Source of the DNA: the human T2T-CHM13v2.0 reference genome, Homo sapiens
Strand: one strand, 5' to 3'
Assembly: GCF_009914755.1 (NCBI RefSeq)
Contig: NC_060926.1
Length of the DNA: 64,000 nt
The notes beneath the pieces were generated by a model. That model did not search any database. It was not told the DNA's origin and saw only the letters and a list, made by a program, of their open reading frames with translations. The position numbers and the translations under genes are program-made. Position 1 is the stretch's first letter. Every line of letters starts with the position of its first letter. Below, piece after piece: positions 12,781 to 26,000 of the stretch.

Positions 12781-13369
12781 TAGCATTTCTCAAGCATTTT
12801 TAAAACCTGTGTGTCTTTAAAATAATCATAAAATGTCGCACTCTCGATTTTCTGTTATTTGAAATTTTAAAATAAAATGCCTTGTCTAGAAGCAAATCAA
12901 TGCAGTGATGATTTGATGACGCTTTTTCATTTGGAAATAGTGGCCCTCCACTCGTGAACGCCCTTAAAGATCACCATTCTAGCCCGGGAGGATTTGCTAG
13001 ACCGGTATTTATTGAGAGAAATCTCTTATTTGAACCAAAAGATTCCACCTATCCAAATATTGCCAGTGAAGTCTTTCTAAATTGTAAGAAGAAATGAGAA
13101 ACTGATAATTAAGCCCCTAATGTGTATTATAATTTGCATATTCACATAGGTCCTATTGGTCTTATAGCTGTTATATTTATGCTCACATAAAATCATACCT
13201 GATAATGGTGGTTACCAGATTTGGAAATTTCACTGACCAGTAAAATTTCAAAAATAATTTGGGGACCCAACCAAGGGTTACACCAAATTTTTGTGTTGTC
13301 AAGGAAGAACATTGAAAAAAAAAAAAAAAGCATCCTCTATTACTATGATTTCAAAAAAGAAGTCAATTC

Positions 13370-13485
13370 ACATGATTTAATCATTTCATACTGTATACAT
13401 ATCAAAACAACACATTATACCTCATAAATATATACAATTATGATTTGTTAATTAAAATATTTATTAAAAGAATAAAAATAAAATA
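13370..13485 (+). mobile_element. L1MA 3' terminal fragment
   Basis: TGATTTAATCATT...ACCTCATAAATATATACAATTATGATTTGTTAATTAAAA plus A-rich tail. Confidence 0.65.
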
Positions 13486-13618
13486 GCTCACATTAAAAAA
13501 AGAAAAAAGAGCATTATACTACCAATCAAGAAAGTAAAGACATAAATCCCAGAATTAAGGTCTGACTTTACCAAAATCAAGGCTATCTTTTAAAAATTTC
13601 AAATGTGGATAAACATAA

Positions 13619-14013
<395 letters not shown>

Positions 14014-14166
14014 TGAGTGTCCAAGCTGTTATTATTCCAACCTATTGTGTTAACAATGAACGGCCATACTCCACATGGAAATGTTGTCTCAAGTGGAAGG
14101 GGCAATTTTCTGTAGTGCTATTTTTACTCAATATGGAATATTCTGGAAACTGAAAAAAGCTGAATA

Positions 14167-14452
14167 GGCCGGTCGCGGTGGCTCAGGCCTGTAATACCAG
14201 CACTTTGGGAGGACGAGGCAGGCGGATCACGAAGTCAGGAGATTAAGACCATCCTGGCTAACACAGTGAAACCCCGTCTCCACTAAAAATACCAAAAATT
14301 AGCCAGGCGTGGTGGCGGGCGCCTACAGTCCCAGGTACTCTGGAGGCTGAGGCAGGAGAATGGCGTGAACCCGAGAGGGGGAGCTCGCAGTGGGCCAAGA
14401 TGGCGCCACTGCACTACAGCCTGGGCTCAAAAAAAAAAAAAAAAAAAAAAAA
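14167..14452 (+). mobile_element. AluY with a ~19-nt 3' deletion
   Basis: ACCATCCTGGCTAACAC and GGCGTGAACCC diagnostics; ends CTGGGC-TCAAAA; TSD ...GCTGAATA on both sides. Confidence 0.93.
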
Positions 14453-14994
14453 GGCTGAATAATAATAGCCACCCACTCCAAGCTACAGAGAAAGCTAATA
14501 ATGGCAGACCAGGTGTCTAGCTAACAAGGGACATCTCTGCCCACGGAACAGGGCTGTTGAGCTTTCCCGGCTCAACAAGCTCACTCTAGATAAGATGTTC
14601 ACCTGCCAGAAATTCACTTGGCAATGCCTCCATCAGTACTGGAGCACAAATCTTAACACTGTATTTGATCAGCCTGCACACTTTGGTCTATTTTATAGGA
14701 CTTGGAAGATAGTATGCGTTTTTTGAATTAGTACAGTCTTGGGTTCAATATATTGTTTGTCAAATCTATGATTTCCTTGATGATTAACTCTGGATCAAGA
14801 ATACACCATACACTTTAAATATTGTTTCCATAGGAAATGATTACCAATTATAATCAACTCCTGAAGGATACTATTTCCAGCAATATCTTGCAGTGATAAG
14901 CAGGGATTACTACTCTGTAGCATGGAGAGGTGAACCTGTGTAAAGAAAAAACACCACAGGATCCCTAATCCAGTCCAGGGCATTTAGGGAACAA

Positions 14995-15125
14995 GTTAGG
15001 AGACTTGGGGTTCTAATCCTAGTTCTAGTAATATGGCCTCTGGGCCTCATGTGTTCAACTGATCTGTTTAAGAAAGAATTCAATTAGATGATCTCTAATG
15101 TGCCTTTCAGTTGTAACGTTCTATA
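14995..15125 (+). mobile_element. MIR3-like fragment
   Basis: GGAGACTTGGGGTTCTAATCCTAGTTCT...TAGATGATCTCTAA. Confidence 0.5.
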
Positions 15126-16135
15126 ACCCCAAAAGCAGAAGGCATCAATGGCCACCATCCAGTATCAGAAAGAGCAATAGGAGTGACAGCATACCCAGAA
15201 AACCAAGTTGTTGCCCTAGAATCACAGTTGAGGAAGAAAACTGTTCAGGAGAATCATGTATTCTTATAAAGACTGACATGAATAATCAGAGTTCATATTT
15301 TGGAGGTCTGTTAAGTCACTGAAATCTAGTTTTGTGTTTTCAGTCTCTATTAAAGTAGAGAAGATAGCAACCAAATGAGAAAAGAGCAGAGTTCAGTGAT
15401 GAAAGGAGGACATGGCATACTCAATCTATTTGGGAAATATGCCATGAAATACAAAAAATTAACGACAAAAAACATTAAGTTCCAAACTAAAAGCTAAGAA
15501 AGCTCTGACTTGTTAAAAGGAAACAATTAAAAGTAACCAGTAAGTAATAAACAATTAATAGTCATATTACACAGTTACAAGATTGAAGAGATAGAAAAAG
15601 ACAGAACTATCTGTCTCAAGTTTAGAATGAAAGTAGCAAAGAAAATTGAAAAGGTAAAGTCCTCAAGGGTTCTCAGGGGCTCACTTGTCAGAAATTTTTA
15701 CCACAATCCACAGTTACATATTTACATATGATCAGATATGATAAAGAATAGATAATTCTCAATGTAGAAATAAAAGGAAACTATCCTAAATAAGAAGCTG
15801 ATCTAGCTAAAAATAGAGTGGCAAGTTCAGAGTTGAAAAGGGAAGAGAAGGACAAGTGATTTGGAAGGATCTTTTTGTTTTATTAAGGCCGATCCTAGCT
15901 GAGCATCTTTCCAACACTGACCATGAGGCTCAAAAGTTTACCCTGGATACTATGAGGAATTCATATATTGTGCAAACATAAAAAGGGCGCATCACCTACC
16001 CCTCCCTTCAAAGAATATGGGTGGGAAAGGGAGCTGATGAATGGGGAGCACATTTTTAAAATCCATAATGCTTTTTAAAAATATAGTTCTTAGACTTCTA
16101 GGAATTGTCATAAGTATTTCAGAAGGTAGGTTACC

Positions 16136-16447
16136 GGCCGGCTGCGGTAGCTTGCACATGTAATTCCAGCACTTTGGGAGGCTGAGGCAGGTGGATCACT
16201 TGAGGTCAGGAGTTCGAGACCAGCCTAGCCAACATGTTAAAACCCCATCTCTACTAAAAATACAAAATTAGCCAGGCTTGGTGGCAGGCTCCTGTAATCA
16301 CAGCTACTCAGGAGGCTGAGGCATGAGAATCACTTGAACCCGGGAGGCGGAGGTTGCAGTGAGCTGAGATTGCACCACTGCTCTCCAGCCTGGGTGATAA
16401 AAAAAGACAGTCTCAAAAAATAAAAATAAAAATAAAAAAAATAAAAA
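16136..16447 (+). mobile_element. AluS (Sx/Sz-like)
   Basis: Full dimer; perfect 15-bp TSD AGAAGGTAGGTTACC at 16121-16135 and 16448-16462. Confidence 0.96.
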
Positions 16448-16784
16448 AGAAGGTAGGTTACCTGGCTTCTCCTGGTTCCTTTTATCTATCAAGATACTGT
16501 TAAGTAAAATAACTGCCTGTTTCTTTTTTGCAGCTGCCCAAATATATTTCAAGACATAAAAGTATAAAAGTGAGGAAACATAAGAAAGAAGTTATAGGAC
16601 CTCCAAAAAGTCTCAAAGAATTCATATTAGCCAGAACGAAAGGAAAGTCTAAGGTAGGTCATCTGAGTCTTGCTGCTTCTTTGATAGTGATATAAAACAA
16701 AACAAAACAAAAAACTATAGCAAAGAAACAAACGAAAACCTTGTTTGTAGCTGCGTCTGAGTTTAACATTGTTGGAATTCAGCA

Positions 16785-16990
16785 AGGTGCAGTAAAAAAG
16801 ATCCTGCACTTTGGAAGATGCGTATCTGTAGTTCTAATCCTGAGCCACCTCTAACCCTGCTGTGCAGCCTGAGAGGTTACCACACCTCTCTAAATCTGTC
16901 CATGCACTGATGAAGTAGGGATAATAATTCCTATCTCACAGGATTAGTATGAAAATTTTAAAAAGAGATATTCTAGATAACACATTTAAC
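16785..16990 (+). mobile_element. MIR
   Basis: GTTCTAATCCTG...GGGATAATAATTCCTATCTCACAGGATT. Confidence 0.65.
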
Positions 16991-17349
16991 ACACCACAGA
17001 TGTTAAAAGAAAAAGAAAAAAAAGAACACCCGAAAATTAAGCTCCTGCTATTACAAGTTATGGGCTATTCAGAGCTCAACATTTAAGGCACAAACCACAC
17101 TCCTTAAAAATAACTTTCAGTGTTTCTCACAACTTTCTGGTTCTGATTAACGTTTCCCTTGGTAGTGACACTGCCACACTAAGGTGATAAAATCAGCAGC
17201 TCCAAATCAAGATAGACATTTTCGTTAAAATAAAAAAAAAATTGACATCTGTACATAACGAAGGGGTAGATGTAACTGGAACATTAACTCACATATTGGT
17301 TACCACACTAATTTTTCCCTTTCAATCAATTATTTCTTGGGCCCAATAA

Positions 17350-18000
17350 TTTCAACAGAAAAATGAACAAAGTAGATGAACAGAGAAAGAAAAGCTATCA
17401 ATAAACATGAAAAATTTAAGTCTCACTAATAATCAAAACAGAAAATTAATGCAAAGACATAACTTTCATTTGCCAAATTGGAAATGATTCTGTAAGTTAT
17501 AACATGCAGAAATGGTTAGGGGGTTGGTCAATGAAATTTCATCTTCATACACAGTTGGCAGAGTATAAGTTGGTACAAACTTTTAGATGTACAATCTGAA
17601 ACGTTTATCTCAAGTCCTAAAAATATTTATGACATTTGTGGTTGTATTTCTACTTCTACATGAAATAAACACAAAAGTTTCTTTAAAACTTCCATTAGAG
17701 TTATTATTCACAAAAGTAAAAAACAGAAATAGACTAAACACCCCCAAATCAAGTAATATCCTCCTTTTTAGTAATATTTATTTAGGTTGGAACTTGTTCA
17801 CTATAAATATGAAAAGTAAAATAATTAAACATACAGGATATGAGCTCAATTTTTATATATGCATTGAAATAAATAGAATGAAACACATTCAAATATTAAT
17901 AGTTGTTATCTCTGAGGTATGGGAATAAAGATGATTTTTACATTTTTCAACACTTTTCCCTAATTTCCTATAAAGAATATATTAATATGCTGTAATCAGG
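17350..18000 (+). mobile_element. Ancient L1ME-like fragment
   Basis: Degenerate ORF2 end (AATAAACATGAAAA...TCACTAATAATCA; TATAAGTTGGTACAAAC) and 3'UTR TTAATAGTTGTTATCTCTG. Confidence 0.55.
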
Positions 18001-19249
18001 GATGAATATTAATTTGTTAAAGTCATTTCTTGTTCCGTCAAAGTATTTAGTTCACAGGGAGTAGCTAAACATATCACAAAGACATCTTCAGTCAGCTTTT
18101 CAGCAAAGGCCTCTAAAATAATCCTGATGGTGGGGTCTGGGTAAACACCCACAGGTTTGACTGCCATACTACACCATAGCTACAGCAAATCTGTTTTCAA
18201 GTCCAAAAATTGGAATTTGTGGTCTGAAATAGGCTAGCATACTTGAAAGCAGGGCTGTCCCTGAAAATTCAGATACATCATCATCATAAAATGACTCCTA
18301 CGCTACATGGAAACTTACCTGATCTCTGGGACATAAATAAGACTAGCCTAGCTTGATGATCTTTCCATAACTTTTCCTCTTACCTTTTAATTGTTGAGAC
18401 AGGGTTACAACAGACACAGTGACTATCCCTGACTGGAGAAGATAATCAAGAAAATGCTGACTGCCCACTATGTGCATGGCACTGTACTCAACAAGGGGTA
18501 CCTCTAATCTGACTCAGCAAAATAGGTTTGTTAACACATTAATGATCCTCTGTAGAGACTGCAGATGCAAGCAAAATTCTCCATAAGCAAGCTTAATTCT
18601 ATAGTAAAGCAAGAAAAGGAGCCCAAGTAGCCCATAAGTGTTCTCCTGTAGGTGATAAATGACCTTTCAAGTCCAACCAAGTGCTTTCACCTAAAAGAAC
18701 AGGTGAGCAAATGCTGCATTTACAATGAGCTTTATCTGTGTACAGATAATGTCCCTGACTGCAATTTCCTTTGCTAAGAGAAGAAATCACTATTCCATGT
18801 TAACAAATTAAACATAACCTAATTTATCCTAATTTGATTTCATTTCTATCTACTTAATACCATTTTGCAGAATGAAGATTACACAGACAAAACACATTTT
18901 AATATGTACAGAAATTCCTTACTTTCAAAGAAGTTATAAAACATGGGTAAATTTTAATTATTTGTAATTTTAAAATATGTCTATTGAATTAATGTTATAA
19001 CTGCATATGGCAAAAAAATAGTACAGGAAGAATTTAAAAGAAAAGCATCCATCTGGTGACCCACATCTCCCCACTCTCACTTCCCAGAGGTACCCACGTT
19101 TAACTATTGTTGTTATTCTTTGGGACATTATGTTAGGACATTAATTCTAAAAATATACCTGATTAACCAATTTGAAACATAATCTGCTGATTTCCTGATC
19201 TGTATGACTTCTTAGTTTATCTATAGGATCTCCAATTTGGGGAGGAGAG

Positions 19250-20621
19250 CCAGGTTTATTGAGATGTAATTTACATATAGAAATTATTACAGTAACTATT
19301 TTAGTGTAGTTGTATGAGTTTTGACAACTACAATTCCATAATCCCTCCTGCCAAACTTATACTACTTTTTAGACATTTTCTCTCTCTGTCCCAACTGCTG
19401 GCAAGCAGTGATATTTTCTTTTCCTATACTTTTGCCTTCTTCAGAATGTCAAACGAATGCAGTCTTTTGAGTCTGGCTTTTGCATTTGGTTTAAGGTATT
19501 TGAGATTTATTCACCATGTTGCACACATCAGGAGCTTTTTTGAATGCATATACAACCATTTGTTTATCCATTCATCAGTTAAAGGACATTTGGTTTTTTC
19601 CCATTTTTCTGGATTAGAAATAAATCTGTAATAAACATTAATATACTGTTTTTAGGTAAAGTAAGTTTTATTTCTCTTTGCTAAATATCTAGGAGTGGGA
19701 TTACTATTTTGTATAGAAGGTGTACATTTAACTTTACATAGAATTGCCAAAGTGTTTTCCAAAGGGCTTGTATCATTTTACATTTCCACCAGTAATGTAT
19801 GAGAGTTCCAGTTACTTACATATTTTGTCCACTTCTTACTGAGTTGTTTCCTTAATATTGAGTTCTGAGTATTCATTATATTTTTTGGATACAAGTGCTT
19901 TATAAGATATGTGTTTTGCAAACATTATTTCCTGGCCTGCATCTTGTCTTCTCATTCTCTTAACAGCATCTTTCAAGGAACAGAAGTTTGTAATTTTGAT
20001 GAAGTCTAATTTATTCAATATTTTTCTTTTACAGATCATGCTTTTAGTACCCTCATCTAAGAAATGTTGCCTAACCTAAGATCAAAATGTTTTCTTCTCT
20101 GTTTTCTTTTAGAAGTTTTTATAGTTTTAGATTTTATTCTTAGGTCCATTTTAGTTAATACTTGTAAACATGCAAGAGATTTTGATGTTCTTATTTATTT
20201 ATTTTTGCTTATGAATGTACCCATGTAATTTGTTGAAAAGGCTATTCTTTCTCCATTAAATTGCCTTTATAATTTTGTCAAAAAAATCAATTGACATATA
20301 TATATATATGGGTCTATTTCTGGTTATTCTATTCTGTTGATCAATGTGCCTCTCCTTTTGTCAATACCACACTGTCTTAATTATTGTAGATTTATAATGA
20401 ATCTTGAAATAGGTACTACGAGCATTCCAACTTTGTTCTTGTTTTTCAAAATTGACTTGGGTATTCTCATTCCTTTGCCTTTCCCTATAAATTTTAGAAT
20501 CACCTTGGTGAATTCTACGTAAATTCCTGCTGAGATTTTGACTGAAACTTTGCAATCTATAGACCAATTTGGAGAAAATTAATAAACTGACAACACTGAG
20601 CAATTGATTCTGTGAATATAG
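19250..20621 (-). mobile_element. Old L1M, 3' part (host of MER2)
   Basis: TTTATTGAGATGTAATTTACATA 3' end; degraded ORF2 peptides in ORFs 19836-20039 and 20361-20603 (HYKSTIIKTVWY). Confidence 0.8.
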
Positions 20622-20623
20622 TA

Positions 20624-20756
20624 CAATACGTCCTCAATATCTGTAGGGAATTTGTTCCATGACTCCTGAGGATATCGAAATCCATGGATGTGCAAGTCTC
20701 CTATATAAAATGGCATAATATTTGCTTATAACCTATGGACATCCTCCCCTATACTT
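20624..20756 (+). mobile_element. MER2 (TcMar-Tigger) left part
   Basis: TA TSD at 20622-20623, TIR-like CAATACGTCCTCAATATCTG, MER2 body CCTATATAAAATGGCATAATATTTGC. Confidence 0.85.
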
Positions 20757-22301
20757 CATTTTACTTTTACTTAAATATTTATTGACACATAAGGTCTTAT
20801 TTATGAGGTACATATCAGGGTTTGTTACACGCATAGAATGTATAATAGTCAAGTCAGGGTATCTATCACCTTGAGATTTATCATTTCTATGTGTTGGTAA
20901 CATTTCAAGTCCCCTCTTCTAGTTACTTTGAAATATACAATATATTGTTGGAAAGTACAGTGCCCCTAATCTGCTATCAAACATTAGAACTTATTTCTTC
21001 TAAATAATTATATGTTTGCACCCATTAACAAACCCCTCTTCAGCACCCCCTCCCTCTTTCCCTCCTTCCCAGCTTTTGGTATCTATCATTCTATTCTCTA
21101 TGTTCATGAGAGCAAGTTTTTTAACTCCCACATATGAATGAGAACATATGGTATCTGTCTTTCTGTACTTGGCTTATTGCACTTGACAAAATGACCTCCA
21201 GTTCCATCATGTTGCTGCAAATAACATGGTTACATTCTGTTTTATGGCTGAACAATATTCCATCATGTATATATATATCACATTTTCTTTATCCATTCAT
21301 CCACTGATGGACACTTAGGCTGAATCCACAATGCAGATTTTGAGTAGTGCTGTGATAAACATGTGAGTGCAGGTATCCCTTCGATATACTGATTTATTTC
21401 CTTTGGATAAATACCCAGTAGTGGGATTGCTGGATTGAATGGTAGTTCTAATTTTAGTTTTTTAAGGAATCTCCATATTGTTTTCCATAGTGATTGTACT
21501 AGTTTACATTCCCACCCACAGTGTATAAGAGTTCACTTTTCTGTGGACACTTTGCCAGCATCTGTTGTTTTTGTCTTTTTACTAATAGCCTTTCTAACTG
21601 GGATGAGATGATATCTCATGGTGGTTTTGATTTGCATTTCCCTGATGATTAGTGATGTTCAGCATTTTTTTCATACACCTGTTGGCCATTTGTATGTCTT
21701 CTTTTGAGAAATGTCTATTCATAATCTTTCCCCATTTTTAATAGGATTGTTTGTTTGTTTGTTTGTTTTTACTGTTGAGTTTTGGTTCATTTAATATTCT
21801 GGATATTAGTCCCCTGTCAAATAAGAAATGTATTAATATTCTCTTTCATTCAACAGGTTGTCTCTTCACTCTGTTGATTGTTTCTTTTGCTATACAGAAA
21901 CTTTTTTTAGTTTAATATAGTCCCATTTTTCTATCTTTGTTTTTGTTCCTTGTTCTTTCACAGTCTTAGCCATAAAATCTTTGCCAAGACCAATGTCATG
22001 AAGTGTTTCCCCTGTGTTTTCTTCTAGTAGTTTTATAGTTTCTGGTTTTACATTTAAATCTGTAATCCATCTTGAGTTGATTTTTGTATACAGTGAGGAC
22101 TAGGGGTCCAGTTTCATTCTTCTGCATATAATTATCCACTTTTCTCAGCATCATTCATTAAAAAGGGTGTCTTTTCCCCAAATGTGTATTCATGGCAGCT
22201 TTTTTGAAGATCAGTTGGCTGTAAATACGTAGATTTATTTCTGAGTTCTCTATTCTGTTTCATTGGTCTATGTGTCTATTTTTATACCAATACCATGCTG
22301 C

Positions 22302-22610
22302 TTGGTCACTATAGCCTTCCAATATGTTTTGAAGTCAGTTAGGATGATGTCTCCAGCTTTGCTCTTTTTGCTTAGAATTGTTTTGGTTATCTGGGCTCTT
22401 TTTTGGTTCCATATGAATTTTAGGATTCTTTTTTTATATTTCTGTGAAAAATGACATTTGGTCACTATAGCCTTCCAATATGTTTTGAAGTCAGTTAGGA
22501 TAATGTCTCCAGCTTTGCTCTTTTTGCTTAGAATTGTTTTGGTTATCTGGGCTCTTTTTTGATTCCATATGAATTTTAGGATTTTTTTTATATTTCTGTG
22601 AAAATGACAT
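22302..22610. repeat. ~155-bp tandem duplication inside L1 ORF2
   Basis: Copies 22302-22457 and 22458-22610, differing by about 2 substitutions and small homopolymer indels. Confidence 0.95.
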
Positions 22611-23018
22611 TAGTATTTTGATAGAAATTGCATTGAATCTATAGATACCTTTAGGTAGTATGGTCATTTTAACAATACCTACTCTTCAGATCTATGAGCA
22701 TGGAATGTCTTTTCATTTGTTCATGTCCTTTTCAATTTCTTTCATCAGTGTTTTCTGGTTTTTCTTGTATAGATGTTTCACATTCTTGGTTAAGTTTATT
22801 CCTATGTATTTTTGTAGCTATTTTAAATGAGATTGCCTTCCTGATTTTTTCTTATCTATTTCATTATTGAAGTATATAAATGCTACATATTTCTGAATGT
22901 CAGTTTTGTAGTTTGCACCTTTACTGAATTGAACAGTTCTAGGAATTTTTTTGGTGGAGGCTTTTGATTTTTCTAAATATAAGATCGTGTCCTCTGCAAA
23001 GAGGGATAATTTTATTTC

Positions 23019-23076
23019 CTCATTTCCAATTTGAATGCCTTTTATTTCTCATTTCCAATTTGAATGCCTTTTATTT
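23019..23076. repeat. Perfect 29-bp tandem duplication inside L1
   Basis: CTCATTTCCAATTTGAATGCCTTTTATTT x2. Confidence 0.93.
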
Positions 23077-26000
23077 CTTTCTCTGGTCTGACTTCTGTGG
23101 CTGGGGCTTCCAGTACTGTGTTGAAAAGGAGTGGTGAGAGTCAGCATTCTTGTCTTATTCCAGTTCTTAGAGGAAAGGCTTTCAATTTTTCCCCATTTAG
23201 TATGATGTTAGATGTTGGTTTGTCACATATTACTTTTATTATTTTGAAGTATATGCCTCCTATGCCTAGATTATTGAGAGTTTTTCGTCAAAATGAGTTG
23301 TTAAATTTTATCAAATACTTTTTCTGCATCTGTTGAAATAATCATATGATCTTTGTTCTTCATTCTGTTGATGTGAAGTATAACATTTATCAATTTGTAT
23401 ATGTTGAACCATACTTGCATCCCTGACATAAATCCCGCTTGATTATTATATGTTATCTTTTTGATGTGCTGTTAGATTCAGTTTGTTAGTATTTTGTGGA
23501 GGATTTTTGCATCTTTGTTCATCAGGGATATTGGCATGTAGATTTCTTTTTTGGTTGTGTCGTTGTCTAGGGCTATCAGGGTATTGCTGGCCTTAAAAAA
23601 TGAGTTTAGGAGAATTTCCTGCTCTTCCATTTTTTCTAATAGTTTTAGGATAACTGGTATTAGATCTTCTTTATATGTTTGGTAGAATTCCACAGTGAAT
23701 ACGTCTAGTCCTGAGCTTTTACTTGTTAGGAGACTTTTCATTACAACTCAATCTCACTGCTTGTTATTGGTCTGTTCAGGTTATCTTTCTGATTCAATCT
23801 TGATAGGCTGTATGTTTCCAGGAATTTATCCATTTCCTCTATGTTTTTCAGTTTGTTACTTTATAGTTGTTCATAACAGTCTCTGATGGTCTTTTGTATT
23901 TTTGTGGTATCAATTATAGTATCTCCTTGTTCACTTCTGATTTTGTTTATTTGTGTCTTCTCTTTTTTCTTAGTCTAGTTAACAGTTTATGACTTTTGTT
24001 TATCTTTTCAAAGAACCAATTCTTCACCTCATTGATTCTTTGAATTTCTTCCTTTTTTTGTTATTTAGTTCATTTAGTTCTGCTGTGATCTTTATTATTT
24101 CTTTTCTTCTGCTAATTTGGGGTTTGGTTTGCTCTTGAGGTTCATTGAGGTGCCTTGTTAGGTTATTTTAAATCAGGTGTGTTTTTTTTAGTGTGGGCAT
24201 TTATCTCTATAAACTTCTCTATTAGCACTGCTTTTGCTATATCCCACAGGTTTTGATATGCTGTTTTCATTTTCACTGGTTTCAAGACTTTTTTTTAAAT
24301 TTCCATCTTCATTTCTTCCTTGACTCAATGGTTGTTTAGGGGCATGTTGTTTAATTCCCATGTATTTGTATAGTTTCCAAATTTCCTCTTGGTATTGATT
24401 TCTAGTTTTATTCTATTGTGGTCTGAGAAGATACTTGATATGAGTTTAATTTTATAAAATTTGTTGAGACTTATTTTGCAACCTAACACATGATCTCTCC
24501 TGAAGAATGTGCCATGTGTTGATCCAAAGGATGAATATGCTGCAGTTGTTGGATAGAATGTTCTGTATATGTTTGTTAGGTCCATTTGGTCTAAGGTGCA
24601 GTTTAAATCCAATGTTTCTTTGTTCATTTTCTGTCTAGATAAACTGTCTAATGCTGAAAGGGGGATGTTGAAGTCTCCCACTATTATTGTATTGCAGTCT
24701 TGCTCTCTCTCTAGAACTAGTAATATCTGCTTCATGAATCTGGGTACATACATACTTAGAATTGTTATATCTGCTTGCTGGATTTATCCCTTTAAAATTA
24801 TATAATAACATTCTTTGTCTTCTTTTTTACTGTTCTTGACTTCAAGTCTCTATTATCTGATATAAGTATAACGGCTCCTGTTCACTTTTGGTTTCTATTT
24901 GTGTGAAATATCTTTTTTCATCCCTTTACTTTCAGTGTATATGGGTCTTTACTGGTAAACTGCATTTCTTGTAGGCAGTGTATAGTTGGATAATTTTTTG
25001 TATCTATTCAGCCAGTCTGTATCTTTCAAGTAGAGAATTTAATCCATTTCTATTCAAGGTCATTATTGATATGTGAGGTTTTGTTCCTGTCATATTGTTA
25101 ATTGTTTTCTAGTTGTTTTATAAATTCTTTGTTCCTTTCTTTTTCTCTTAATATTTGTCCTTGTGGTTTAGTGGTTCTGTAGTGGTCCTATTTGAGTTAT
25201 TTCTCTTCCAAATATGTGTGTGTTTGTCATGTCAGTGAGTTTTATACTTTCATGTGTTTTCATGATGGTAATCTTTTTCATGATGGTTGTCTTTTTGTTT
25301 CCAGGTTTAGGACTCCCTTGAGCATTTCTTAGAGTGGTGATAAATTCCCTCAGCATTTGCTTATCTAAGAAGGACTTTATTTCTCCTTCATTGATGAAGG
25401 ATATTCTCACTGGATATAGTTTTCTTGTGTATCAATTTTCTTCTTTCAGCATTTTAAATATATCATTCCATTCTCTTGTGGCCTATAAGGTTTCTGTTGA
25501 AAATTCAGCCTTTAAAAAGATAGGAGTTCCTTTATAGGTGACGAGATACTTTTGCTGTTTATAGAATTCTCTTTTATCTTTGATTTTACACAGCTTGATT
25601 ATAATGTACCATGAAGAAGACATTTTTGCATTGTATCTGTTTGGGGATCACTGGGCCCTGTATTTGAATGTCTAAATCTCTTGCTAGACTTGGAAAAGTT
25701 TTCATCTATTATTTCACTGGATAGGTTTTTAAACCCTTTTGGTGTCTCTTTGCCTTCTGGGATACCAATAATTTGTATATTTGGTCCCTTTATTGTGTCC
25801 CATATATTATGAAGAGTTTGTTCATTCTTTTTTATTATTTTATCTTTGTTTTTGTCTGACCAGACTTTTTTGAAAGACGTGTCTTCAAGTTCTGAGATTA
25901 TTTCTTCTGCTTGATCTAGTCTTTTGTTGAAGCTTTCAAATGTATGTTGTACTTCATTCAGTAAATTCCTCAGTTCCAGGATTTCTTATTATATCTTTGG

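Noticed and set aside
12161-12786. Other long overlapping ORFs in the intronic CpG island
   Set aside because: Same GC artefact. Only the frames compatible with splicing to exon 2 were kept as hypotheses.
22302-22610. Direct repeats as a CRISPR-like array
   Set aside because: Two adjacent copies, no spacers, inside L1, in a eukaryotic context.
25255-25297. Imperfect 18-bp repeat TTCATGATGGT..TCTTT x2
   Set aside because: Short, degenerate and inside L1; no functional implication evident.
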